This document shows positions 48,368-57,994 of a stretch of DNA of 64,000 bases, piece after piece. The position numbers and the translations under genes were made by a program. Position 1 is the stretch's first letter. Every line of letters starts with the position of its first letter. The notes under the pieces are model-generated. The model saw only the letters and a list, made by a program, of their open reading frames with translations, did no database searches and was not told the DNA's origin. The DNA comes from Candidatus Heimdallarchaeota archaeon (GTDB lineage Archaea > Asgardarchaeota > Heimdallarchaeia > Heimdallarchaeales > Heimdallarchaeaceae), in the NCBI GenBank assembly GCA_016839945.1, contig JAEOTE010000007.1, forward strand, positions 32,001-96,000, read 5' to 3'.

Positions 48368-51253
48368 TTATTTTCTTCGTTTTGTAAATATTACTGCACT
48401 TGCTACAGCTGCGAAACCAATGATGCTTAGAATAGAAGCAATACCAAATTCAGAGATTACTGGTAAGCTTGATGGTCCTAAAACATAATCTAGAGTTGGA
48501 GGACTTGCAAAGTTAGCACTAACAAGTATTTCGAGGTATGCTTGTAATATACCTGCTCCGCTCATACCATAATCAGGAACAGTTGTTATTTCAAAGTCGA
48601 AACTTGTTTTTAATCCAGCACCTAGAACTACACCTGAGTTATAATCTACAACAACCCATATGTAACCTCTGATAAATCCATCAATGATTGTATTTTCCCA
48701 CTCATAGTCTCCATTTAAAGCATCCCATTCGATGTCAGCTTCGGTATCTATTGTTATATAATAATACATAACATCCATACCAGTTGTATAATGATAACTA
48801 TCAACTTGAGCATCTATTAGTAATTGTGTAATTAAGAAGTTGGTATTTATAACATCTAGAGCATTGAATGCATCTACGAAGTAGTCTGTAGCTCCCAGCA
48901 TCGAGTTAGCCGTTACTACTAAACCATCATAGTAATTCCAATCAGGTATGACATGGAATCCCATTGGACTAAACATTGGGTAAGTCACCGTAGATTCATA
49001 TGGTGTTGCCAAAGGATCTAATGGATCATACATGGTGTAATTAGCTTTTGCCCATAATCCTTCATAATCCAACATTTCAACTCCTAGAGTTGGATGTCCT
49101 ATTGAGCTTAAAGCTTGTGTCTTAAAGTTCTTTACGCTATCAATGAAATCTGTAGGTGCTAATGGTGGTGCATTATAATAGAATATAACATTATCAAATA
49201 AATAAGTCCATGAGCTTGGCGATGGTAAGCTTGGTGTATAAGGAGTATCGGTTTTCGCATCGTCTAATTCCAGTGTTATATTGAACCAAACATCTGAAAC
49301 TGCGTAGTAGTCCATACTTGCTGTTACATTGAGAAGTTTTCCTGTTGTTGTATTATAACCCCAGTATACATCTTGTGTTAATTGAGCATCAGACATATTC
49401 ATATGCATTTCAAAAAGACAGTATTGATTCGCAACATCATATGTTGTGTTGAATCCAGGTTGTCCTGTTGAATCATTCTTGGCTACATCAAAAGTGTCAA
49501 ATTGTACCCAATCGGTGTCACTTGCATCGAAGGTTTGGAATGGAACAAATCGTTCACTGAATGGCCAATAGTCATATGCGCCCCACCAAAATTCGTACTC
49601 ATGATATTCAGAGATTGCGAAATTTAGGTCAGTGAACATTGTTATATCAATAGGAATTGCAGGTAATATTGAGTTAGCTAAGAATGAGAATTGAAAGTCT
49701 GGAAGTGTCATGTTATAGAATGGTCCATTACTCCATGTCCAATCTAAAGCACTAGGACTGTTTACTAATGATTCATAAAGGTAACCATTTGGATATCCTT
49801 CAAGATATTGTTGTTCATAAATCCAATTAGCTCCCATTTCATAAGGATCAGTAGTACTTGGGGAGTAAGGTAGAATAATTAAAGGAGTTTCTGGTAAACT
49901 GTTGTAGGAATCATAAGCTCCTTCAGCAAATCCATCAAAATATCCTTCTTCTCTGTAGCTGGACATACCCCATTGGTATTGTTCTCCTGCAGTTGTAAGA
50001 TCAAATCCATCATCATAAGCAGCCAAGTAACCTTCTTGTATTCCATTATTATATCCTGATTCCCATGCATCCCGAGGATCATAGAAATAAGGATCAGGTG
50101 GTGGAAACCAAGTTGTATATCTTGGATTTGCGGAGAGTCGATCGTTTTCTCCATTCCAATAACCATTGTAATGATAGTATCCATCGTGATAACCATCAGC
50201 ATAACCAACAGGCCAATTATTCCATGCATTGTTGTATAAGTCATTATACAGCATTTCATTGAAATATAATTGAGCTCCTTCATATAGATATCCTGCAGCA
50301 TAATAATCTTCGTAAAAACGAGGATAATATTGCCATCTTGCATAGCTATTCATATCAGTTATTGCTGGTGGAGCTGGAGCTTTTTTATCTGGTATTCTAT
50401 CTGTAATGAAATCTGTTTGACCAGTGGTGAAACCATCACCTCTTGCATCAAAGAATCCAGTATAGAATCCATCTAAAGCAACTTGAGCGTCAAACCATAA
50501 GGGATTGTTGCTACTAAATTCACAACCCCAGTGTCCTATATCATACCCAATAACTTCTCCTAAATCGTAAGCAAAATCACCAAGTTGATATTCACCATAA
50601 TGATAAGGTCTTGGCCATTCATTTCTGGGTGGCCAATATCCAAAAGAATTGTTATAATCATACCAACCATTGTCAAAATTTGGCATGAATGAGGCGTTAA
50701 AGTTTGACCAGAAAACACTTGAAGTTACATTGTCTATAAAATTACTTCGTGGCCAGGTTTCCCAATAGAAATGAATATCTGTTTTTGCGAAATCATCTGG
50801 AAAGCTAAATTGAGATACATTTGCATAAAAACCAAAATCATCATATAGATTTAGAAATCCAATTGCTTGCAAAACAGTTTCACTTATACCATCATGATAT
50901 CCATGAGTTTCATTCCACTTATACAAAGGAATGTTATCCATAGCGCTGATAAGAATTTCAATTTCGCTCCCTTCTAAACTGTTTATGAGACCAAAATCAA
51001 AATCTGGAACCTCTTCAGGTAGCATCATTCTTAGAAGATCAAAGGCAGCTGAGCCCCAATCAAATTGTGATATATTATAAAACAAATGTGCACCTGGTTC
51101 TACAGGTCCATAATCAGGTTTTATGTTGCCAGGTAATGTAGAATTATCTTTTGCCATCATAGCGTTTGGTGTTATAAGTGGCAGTAAAATTATCAATAAG
51201 CCTATACTTAAAATTTTATTTTTCATATTTGAACCCCTAAGGAATTCTAACAT
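48368..51253 (-). CDS. Large cell-surface glycoprotein with Gly/Tyr repeats and PEF-CTERM-like anchor
   Basis: Signal peptide (likely start MKNK), many sequons, GYxxG repeats, C-terminal VISEF + TM + KRRK. Confidence 0.8.
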   Translation of the reverse strand: MLEFLRGSNMKNKILSIGLLIILLPLITPNAMMAKDNSTLPGNIKPDYGPVEPGAHLFYNISQFDWGSAAFDLLRMMLPEEVPDFDFGLINSLEGSEIEILISAMDNIPLYKWNETHGYHDGISETVLQAIGFLNLYDDFGFYANVSQFSFPDDFAKTDIHFYWETWPRSNFIDNVTSSVFWSNFNASFMPNFDNGWYDYNNSFGYWPPRNEWPRPYHYGEYQLGDFAYDLGEVIGYDIGHWGCEFSSNNPLWFDAQVALDGFYTGFFDARGDGFTTGQTDFITDRIPDKKAPAPPAITDMNSYARWQYYPRFYEDYYAAGYLYEGAQLYFNEMLYNDLYNNAWNNWPVGYADGYHDGYYHYNGYWNGENDRLSANPRYTTWFPPPDPYFYDPRDAWESGYNNGIQEGYLAAYDDGFDLTTAGEQYQWGMSSYREEGYFDGFAEGAYDSYNSLPETPLIILPYSPSTTDPYEMGANWIYEQQYLEGYPNGYLYESLVNSPSALDWTWSNGPFYNMTLPDFQFSFLANSILPAIPIDITMFTDLNFAISEYHEYEFWWGAYDYWPFSERFVPFQTFDASDTDWVQFDTFDVAKNDSTGQPGFNTTYDVANQYCLFEMHMNMSDAQLTQDVYWGYNTTTGKLLNVTASMDYYAVSDVWFNITLELDDAKTDTPYTPSLPSPSSWTYLFDNVIFYYNAPPLAPTDFIDSVKNFKTQALSSIGHPTLGVEMLDYEGLWAKANYTMYDPLDPLATPYESTVTYPMFSPMGFHVIPDWNYYDGLVVTANSMLGATDYFVDAFNALDVINTNFLITQLLIDAQVDSYHYTTGMDVMYYYITIDTEADIEWDALNGDYEWENTIIDGFIRGYIWVVVDYNSGVVLGAGLKTSFDFEITTVPDYGMSGAGILQAYLEILVSANFASPPTLDYVLGPSSLPVISEFGIASILSIIGFAAVASAVIFTKRRK

Positions 51254-51379
51254 ACATATTAAGAATCTTATTTAAAAACCTAATGTTTGATTTTTTTCGA
51301 AGTTAAAAATAATGTATAGCGAAAAATATCTGTCTTACATAGAATGAGTTGAAATTAAAAGATTAAAAAAGAGAGATAA

Positions 51380-51577
51380 TTAATCTAATTCTGTTGGTTG
51401 CTCAAATTGGCTTCCGAAAAACTCAAAGTTGTGATAACTGCCACACTCTGGACAGTAGAATGTCAATATGAAGGTTTCTTTTCTGTTTTCGCCTTTAAAC
51501 TCATGTTCTGTATTTTTTTCACAGAATTTGCAATAAATTGCTAATTTTGGTCCTTGTGCTTCTGACATTTGCTTCAC
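51380..51577 (-). CDS. Small zinc-ribbon protein
   Basis: CKFC…TEH…CPECG. Confidence 0.7.
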   Translation of the reverse strand: MKQMSEAQGPKLAIYCKFCEKNTEHEFKGENRKETFILTFYCPECGSYHNFEFFGSQFEQPTELD

Positions 51578-51627
51578 TTAATCATTTTACATATTCATTT
51601 TTAAGTTATTTGCAATAATATGAAAAA

Positions 51628-52785
51628 CTAAAGAATTTTATTTAATCGTTCAATTACTTCTTGAATCTGTTCTACACCGGCTGAACCGAAGCTTGCTCTT
51701 ATATAGGGAGTTTGACTTGGACCAAATTCCAAACCTGGAACTAAAACAACTCGAGCATCTTTGAAGGCTTTTTCAGAAAATTCTTCACAATTAGAGTATT
51801 TAGTTTGAGAGATATCTGGATAACAATAAAATGATCCTACAGGTTCTTGGCACGATATTCCTTCAATAGAATTAAATCCTTTAACAATAACATCTCTCCT
51901 TTTTTGAAATTCATCTCTGATATACTTAATAAATTCCTCAGATTCTTTTGTTTGCATGTAGTTCGCTAAAGCAACCTGTGTAGGTGTTGTAGAGTTAGCA
52001 ACTACATAAGTATGATATTTAAGAATAGGCTTTAAGAGCTCAGGAGTCGAAACACCAAATCCCATTCTCCAACCAGGGATTGCATATGTTTTAGAGAAAG
52101 AATTAGCTGTTATAGTTCTTTCATAAGCATTGTCAATACTTCCAATATGAACATGTTCGTTTCCATTGAAAATAATATGTTCATAAACTTCATCACTAAG
52201 AATAAGTAAATTGTAATCCTCTGCTAAATCCACTAAGGCTTTTAGCTCTTGTCTGGTCATTATTGCCCCTGTAGGATTAGAGGGGAAGTTAAGAATCATG
52301 ATTCTGGTTTTATCTGTGATTTTTTCTTTAGTTTTTTCGATATCAATTTTAAAATCAGGAGTTGATGGCATCCAAACCATTTTTCCTCCAGCTAAAACTA
52401 CTTGACGAGGATAAGTTAGAAAACAAGGATCTTGATGTAAAACTTCTTCACCTGGTTTGAGATATGTTTGTAGAGCAACATAGATTAGTTCTACACCTCC
52501 TGTTGTTACAATTACCCCTTCTGAAGAATCATATTCAACACCATAATATTCTTTATACTTTTCTGCAATTGCTTTCCTTAGTTCTAGATTTCCTATAGAT
52601 TGGTCATAATTATTGTAATCATCATCAACTGCTTGTTTTAATGCTTCCTTCAATCCAGTGGGTGTAGTAATATCAGGTGCCCCTATACCTAGTGAGATAA
52701 CATGTTCTATACCTTGAGCTTTAGCAAAAAGTTCTCTAATTCCACTTGGTTCAATTGTATCAAGTTTTTCTGTAGGAAATTTCAT
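51628..52785 (-). CDS. Class I/II PLP-dependent aminotransferase
   Basis: PSNPTG, SDEVY, SFSKTY, PGWRMG. Confidence 0.95.
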   Translation of the reverse strand: MKFPTEKLDTIEPSGIRELFAKAQGIEHVISLGIGAPDITTPTGLKEALKQAVDDDYNNYDQSIGNLELRKAIAEKYKEYYGVEYDSSEGVIVTTGGVELIYVALQTYLKPGEEVLHQDPCFLTYPRQVVLAGGKMVWMPSTPDFKIDIEKTKEKITDKTRIMILNFPSNPTGAIMTRQELKALVDLAEDYNLLILSDEVYEHIIFNGNEHVHIGSIDNAYERTITANSFSKTYAIPGWRMGFGVSTPELLKPILKYHTYVVANSTTPTQVALANYMQTKESEEFIKYIRDEFQKRRDVIVKGFNSIEGISCQEPVGSFYCYPDISQTKYSNCEEFSEKAFKDARVVLVPGLEFGPSQTPYIRASFGSAGVEQIQEVIERLNKIL

Positions 52786-52821
52786 CTTGGATAGAAGTAG
52801 AAAAAAAAGTAAAATTAAACC

Positions 52822-52939
52822 TTTGCATATAGTATTTATATTTCTATTATATTATTTCAAGAACTTTATCAACAGGAGAATTTGCATATAGTATTTATAT
52901 TTCTATTATATTATTTCAAGAACTTTATCAACAGGAGAA
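52822..52939. repeat. Perfect 59-bp tandem duplication (2 copies)
   Basis: TTTGCATATAGTATTTATATTTCTATTATATTATTTCAAGAACTTTATCAACAGGAGAA at 52822-52880 and 52881-52939. Confidence 0.95.
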
Positions 52940-53964
52940 TCTAGTTTTTCTAGAATGGTTCTGGTTTGATATCTCATTAAATCTTTATTACCTACATTCT
53001 CTAATAATTCCAGTGATTTTTTAATAGCACTTTCTGTTGTGTATTCGTTAAATAAAGGTATACCAATAGATGAAATATACTCTAGAACATCTAATGGTTT
53101 GGGATAGTAAGAAATTGAAGGTGTTCCCATCGAAGCAGCTTCTCTAGCCATTGTTGCCCCACCAGTGATGCACATATCAGAGTAATAATACAAAGACAGA
53201 GTATCAACAGCTTTAGGTGGAATGATGATTCTATCTTGAAATGTTTCCTTTAGGATTAACTTTTGTTTTTCATATCTTGGAAAAACAACTGCTTTTCCAT
53301 TATATGTTTCGAAAATCTCTTTTAGGATTGTATCCAGATGTGTTTGATCTGCCATCCCTTTTTCAAGCATATAAGCTGCACTACTTTCTTCAGGTCTACA
53401 AACAATAAAATTATCTTCCTGTGTTAATCCTAATTCGTTCAGAATCCCATCATTAGGGGAGAAATCTCTAATCCATGCTACTTCATCTAATCCATCATAT
53501 GGTTTTAGTTGTTCCTCTGTTGCACCAAGTGCAAACCATCCTTCATTTCGTATGCAAGAACTGTAAATCAGATATTTTGAGAGAGGAATTGTTAGTTTTC
53601 CTACAGCTTTTGCATGAGGAGAGTCGTTGATTAATATTGTTGGAATAGCTAGTCCAAAAGCAACTCTTGTTGATTCCGGACAGGAATAAGATATATGATA
53701 ATCAGGTTTATTTTCTAAATCATTGATATAATTTGCTAACAATCCTATTCTCTCATTTCCAGCCTTTAGCTTTCCATAGAGAGTCCCCCCACCATGTTTT
53801 CCTAGAACTGTAACTTCTCTTCCAAGCAATTCAAAAAGAGTAACTACATAATCATAATCTCTGCAAGTAAAAATAACTTCATGTCCTTCTTTCTCTAATT
53901 CTATAGCTATTGTATTAAATAGTAAAGGTTCTTTAGATGTTACAGCATCAAACCAGATAATCAT
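52906..53964 (-). CDS. DUF354-family GT-B-like protein
   Basis: IWFD, GKHGG, NDSPHA, RPEE, GATMAREAASMGTP. Confidence 0.88.
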   Translation of the reverse strand: MIIWFDAVTSKEPLLFNTIAIELEKEGHEVIFTCRDYDYVVTLFELLGREVTVLGKHGGGTLYGKLKAGNERIGLLANYINDLENKPDYHISYSCPESTRVAFGLAIPTILINDSPHAKAVGKLTIPLSKYLIYSSCIRNEGWFALGATEEQLKPYDGLDEVAWIRDFSPNDGILNELGLTQEDNFIVCRPEESSAAYMLEKGMADQTHLDTILKEIFETYNGKAVVFPRYEKQKLILKETFQDRIIIPPKAVDTLSLYYYSDMCITGGATMAREAASMGTPSISYYPKPLDVLEYISSIGIPLFNEYTTESAIKKSLELLENVGNKDLMRYQTRTILEKLDSPVDKVLEII

Positions 53965-54042
53965 TAATAATGGTCTATTCTACATAATCAAAAATATTGT
54001 GGAAAAACTCTATTTATGAAATAAAGGAAAAGGTGTAGAGAA

Positions 54043-56202
54043 TTAATCGCATTTGCTATATCCACATATTCTACAAGTAAAGCAACCTTCAGCAAACTCC
54101 AACATTCCTCCACATTCAGGGCATGCAATTGTTCCATTTGCTCTTACTATCTGTTCATCGATGAGATATTGTTCTAAAACATGAGAAATCCCATCAGCAC
54201 ACGATAAAATTGTCTTCCCTTGGTAGAAATTGGGACTTGGACATCTAATTCCAGCGAGATGTTCCGCAATAGAATCTAACTTTACACCTGATCTAAGAGC
54301 TAAAGAGATTAACCTTCCTACTGCTTCGCTTTGACTCGTTATACAACCTCCACTCTTTCCAACTTGAACAAAAACTTCACATACTCCTGTTTCATCTTTA
54401 TTAACAGTAACATAGAGATTCCCACAACCTGAACGAATCTTATGAGTTCTACCTAGTGTTACTTCTGGACGATCTCGAGGTTCTACTTTTTCTGTTGAAA
54501 CTACTTCAACTTCATGTTTTTGTTCTGGTTTCTTTGTAGTAAGAACTTGGTATTTTCGAGATCCATCTCTATAAACAGTTACTCCCTTACAGCCTTTTTT
54601 ATATGCTAAAAGATATGCTTTTGCTATATCTTCTCTTGTTGCTGTTGATTCAAAATTGATGGTTTTTGAGGTTGCATTGTCTATGTGTCTTTGGAAGTTC
54701 GCTTGCATCTCAATATGATATTCTGGATTAATATCATGAGCTGTAACAAAAACGTCCTTAATATCTGGAGGAATTTCATCTATCTCTTGAATTGAGTTGG
54801 TTGCAGATATTTTCACAATTAACTCTTCAGAATAGATTTTTCTATCCTTTATCATTTTCTCAAATACAGGATTAACATCAAACAGTTTCTTTCCACCTAA
54901 AACATTGCGAGTAAAAGCTACTGCATAATAAGGTTCAATTCCACTGGAACATCCAGCTATTAGTGATATTGTTCCTGTAGGTGCTATTGTTGTAACTGTT
55001 GCGTTTCTCATTGCTTCAAACATGCCCTTCAATCTGCTTTTTTCAAAATTTGGGAAGTTCCCTCTTTCTTTCCCAAGTTCTAATGATGCTTCTCTTGCAG
55101 TTATTTGGATAAAAGTCATTATTTTTTCTGAAATCTTAAGAGCTTCTTCTGAATCATATCGAATACCTAATTTTACAAGAAGATCAGCAAAACCCATGAT
55201 CCCTAAACCAATTTTCCTATTTGCTTTGGTCATCTGTTCGATTTCTGGGAGAATGTAATTATTCTTATCAATAACATTATCAAGAAACCTAACACCATGA
55301 ACAATCGTTTCTCCAAGTAAATCCCAATCAATTTCACCATTCTTAGTGTGGTTAGCAAGGTTAATAGAACCTAAATTACAGCTCTCATAGCCTAAAAGCG
55401 GCTGTTCACCACATGGATTTGTACTTTCTATTTCTCCAATTTGTGGTGTTGGATTATCTTTGTTTATTCGGTCAATAAATACAATCCCTGGTTCTCCATT
55501 TTTCCAAGCCATGTCCACTATTTTATTAAAAACTTCCTTGGCATTTAGTTTTCCAATTGGTTTCTTTGCTCTAGGATTGATTAAATCGTAATCTTCATTC
55601 TTCTCAACAGCTTTCATGAAGGATTCGGTTACTGCAACAGAGATGTTAAAATTAGTTAATTTTGTTTGGTCTTCTTTACATGTGATAAACTCCATAACAT
55701 CAGGGTGATCAACACGCAAGATTCCCATATTAGCACCTCTTCTCCTACCTCCTTGTTTGATAGTATTTGTAGCTGCATTAAACACTTCCATGAAACTAAT
55801 TGGACCGCTAGCTATACCCCCTGTTGTTTTAACAACATCATTTTTTGGTCGAAGTTTACTAAAAGAAAAACCTGTCCCACCTCCACTTTGATGAATTAGG
55901 GCAGCATCCTTTACTGCATTAAAAATTGAAGTCATATCATCCTTTATAGGAAGTACAAAGCATGCAGACAATTGACCTAGTTTTGTTCCAGCATTCATTA
56001 AAGTAGGTGAGTTTGGTAGAAATCTGAAAGTAGTCATTAATTCATAATATATTCTTCTTTCTTCTTCAGAATCACCAATAAAATTAGCAACTCTCCAGAA
56101 TAATTCCTCTGGAGTTTCTAATAGTTTCTTATTTGCATCTCTGAGAAGATATCTTTTTTCTAAAACAGTTTGAGCATTTTTTGAGAGTTCGAGAACTGAC
56201 AC
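54043..56202 (-). CDS. nrdJ: Class II (adenosylcobalamin-dependent) ribonucleotide reductase with C-terminal TSCPD and Zn-ribbon
   Basis: FLPNSPTLMNAG, QLSACFV, TNPCGEQ, TIAPTGT, VYRDGS, SCADG, CPEC/CRIC. Confidence 0.96.
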   Translation of the reverse strand: MSVLELSKNAQTVLEKRYLLRDANKKLLETPEELFWRVANFIGDSEEERRIYYELMTTFRFLPNSPTLMNAGTKLGQLSACFVLPIKDDMTSIFNAVKDAALIHQSGGGTGFSFSKLRPKNDVVKTTGGIASGPISFMEVFNAATNTIKQGGRRRGANMGILRVDHPDVMEFITCKEDQTKLTNFNISVAVTESFMKAVEKNEDYDLINPRAKKPIGKLNAKEVFNKIVDMAWKNGEPGIVFIDRINKDNPTPQIGEIESTNPCGEQPLLGYESCNLGSINLANHTKNGEIDWDLLGETIVHGVRFLDNVIDKNNYILPEIEQMTKANRKIGLGIMGFADLLVKLGIRYDSEEALKISEKIMTFIQITAREASLELGKERGNFPNFEKSRLKGMFEAMRNATVTTIAPTGTISLIAGCSSGIEPYYAVAFTRNVLGGKKLFDVNPVFEKMIKDRKIYSEELIVKISATNSIQEIDEIPPDIKDVFVTAHDINPEYHIEMQANFQRHIDNATSKTINFESTATREDIAKAYLLAYKKGCKGVTVYRDGSRKYQVLTTKKPEQKHEVEVVSTEKVEPRDRPEVTLGRTHKIRSGCGNLYVTVNKDETGVCEVFVQVGKSGGCITSQSEAVGRLISLALRSGVKLDSIAEHLAGIRCPSPNFYQGKTILSCADGISHVLEQYLIDEQIVRANGTIACPECGGMLEFAEGCFTCRICGYSKCD

Positions 56203-56368
56203 TTATATCCCTTATTTATTTAATCTTGAAATTTGTTATTAAACCCCGAAGAATTCTTCAACTATGAATAGTAAACTTAAGACACAGTTGAGAAACGCTT
56301 TCCTCAGATACCTTGTGTTGACAAAAATGAGAGATATTTAAGGTTTTATAACACTAGTATTTTCAAGC

Positions 56369-56382
56369 TTTAAGCGCTTAAA
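56369..56382. promoter_or_regulatory. Perfect 14-bp palindrome in the nrdJ/pilin divergent promoter region
   Basis: TTTAAGCGCTTAAA. Confidence 0.3.
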
Positions 56383-56546
56383 ATAAATCTTAATTCCGAC
56401 ATAATTCCTAACTTCTTTTGAGTATTTATAAATTATTCAAAAATAATATGGCTTAAATTTATGCCTTACATATGACTTTTTTTCAAAAAAATCGATATAG
56501 AATTTCCGATAAACTTTAATTTAGGAGTAACATTATACAAACATAC

Positions 56547-57404
56547 ATGAAATTCAAAATGAATCGAAGAGCTGTATCTCCAGTTGTGGCAATTATCTTA
56601 ATGTTCATTCTTATAATAGCTGCTATAGGCATTTCACTTGTTTATATGCTGCCTAGTATAAGCAGTTTCAAGGATAAAAGCTACAATAATAGCAATAATT
56701 TATACTTTCTAGCTCTTGATTCAAGCATTCAAGAGTTGATTAACAATCCACCACCTATTAGTAAAGAATTCATATTCTTCCATGAACAAGGAGAACTATA
56801 TTATGATGAGAGTTGGTTGGTATTGTTTTTAATGCATGAGATATCAGGGACTCGTACTCACCTTGTGATGCAAGATAACATTACACGTCTTATACATCGA
56901 AGCACCTCTATCGCAGATTATGAAAGTGGAGAACATAGATATCTGATAGGTCCTCAAGATCAAGATTACGTATTTATTAATGGGAGCAGTACAGTTTATA
57001 ATGAAATCGCAGTTCTCAATACTTCGAGAACCATATATGAAGCATCTTTTCTTGATCTTGCACTGTACTATAGATACGTTTTAGCAGTTGATTATGAGAC
57101 AGCTGGATTAACAGAAATATACAACATGGACATAATACATATTGATTTGGAATTAAATGAATCAGCTTTTTACAACCCAACTAGAAAACAACTGTCATTA
57201 CAACTTACATACGAAGGAACAGAAAAAGAGGATTTAGGAACAATAGATTTCTTAACAGACATCTATTCTGATATACGCATAGCTAACCAATTTAATCATA
57301 TAAACTATGAGAATCCATTGTATTTCCCTGTTAACACTAATTATATATCTCATCAAATCAAGATTAATATGATAAGTTTAAAAATTCAAATTTCAATATT
57401 CTAA
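56547..57404 (+). CDS. Archaeal type IV pilin-like protein
   Basis: Class III signal peptide RRA|VSPVVAIILMFILII. Confidence 0.85.
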   Translation: MKFKMNRRAVSPVVAIILMFILIIAAIGISLVYMLPSISSFKDKSYNNSNNLYFLALDSSIQELINNPPPISKEFIFFHEQGELYYDESWLVLFLMHEISGTRTHLVMQDNITRLIHRSTSIADYESGEHRYLIGPQDQDYVFINGSSTVYNEIAVLNTSRTIYEASFLDLALYYRYVLAVDYETAGLTEIYNMDIIHIDLELNESAFYNPTRKQLSLQLTYEGTEKEDLGTIDFLTDIYSDIRIANQFNHINYENPLYFPVNTNYISHQIKINMISLKIQISIF

Positions 57405-57415
57405 GGAGTATAATA

Positions 57416-57877
57416 ATGCCAAGCGAGTATTTAATGTACATGGCCATCTTGTTGGTCGGAACCCTTGCGATAGGGGCAATTTCAGTTACAATGATTGCTA
57501 TTAATGGTACAATGGAAGATAGAGCAATTGAAACGAATTTGGAGAATATATCGCAGAATCTAGCGGAAATAATTCATGATCTGAAATCTTTCTGTGAGAA
57601 CCAGATTCAACAAGGAGCTACGAGCTTTACGCATAGTGTGATGTTATCTTTACCAGATGAGGTTCATGAAGAATCATACATAATTAAAGTTTCCTCAGAT
57701 GGTATTAACTATTATTTAGACGCAAGTTTAGTGGAAAATCCTGAATTATCAGTTTCAATTAATTTACTTATTCCTGTAGATTCCATCACTATATCAGGTT
57801 CTATAGAAAGTTCGGATCCTTCACCAAAAGTAAGCTACACCTTTGATGGAGAAAACAGTAATATTGTTCTGGAATAG
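57416..57877 (+). CDS. Pilin-like protein without a basic leader
   Basis: N-terminal hydrophobic helix, amphipathic helix, LP..V....Y.I beta region; cotranscribed with the pilin (AGGAG SD). Confidence 0.55.
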   Translation: MPSEYLMYMAILLVGTLAIGAISVTMIAINGTMEDRAIETNLENISQNLAEIIHDLKSFCENQIQQGATSFTHSVMLSLPDEVHEESYIIKVSSDGINYYLDASLVENPELSVSINLLIPVDSITISGSIESSDPSPKVSYTFDGENSNIVLE

Positions 57878-57994
57878 TTTTTTTATTAAAAATCACTAAA
57901 TTCACGCTATTTCTTTTCATTTTTCTTCTAAAAAAACAAAAACATAGCTAATATGAAAAATAACTTTAAAAAGACTAGTTCATAATAATAATTC

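Noticed and set aside
49879-50343. 154-aa alternative-frame ORF rich in Met/Ile inside the surface protein gene
   Set aside because: By-product of Tyr/Asp/Asn-Gly codon runs in the main frame (e.g. GATGGT gives ATG); no independent coding signal
52822-52939. Possible CRISPR repeat pair
   Set aside because: Copies are directly adjacent with no spacer, 59 bp long, and no cas genes are present
56281-56320. CUGAGGA on the - strand suggested a hammerhead ribozyme core
   Set aside because: No GAAA after stem II and no stems I/III
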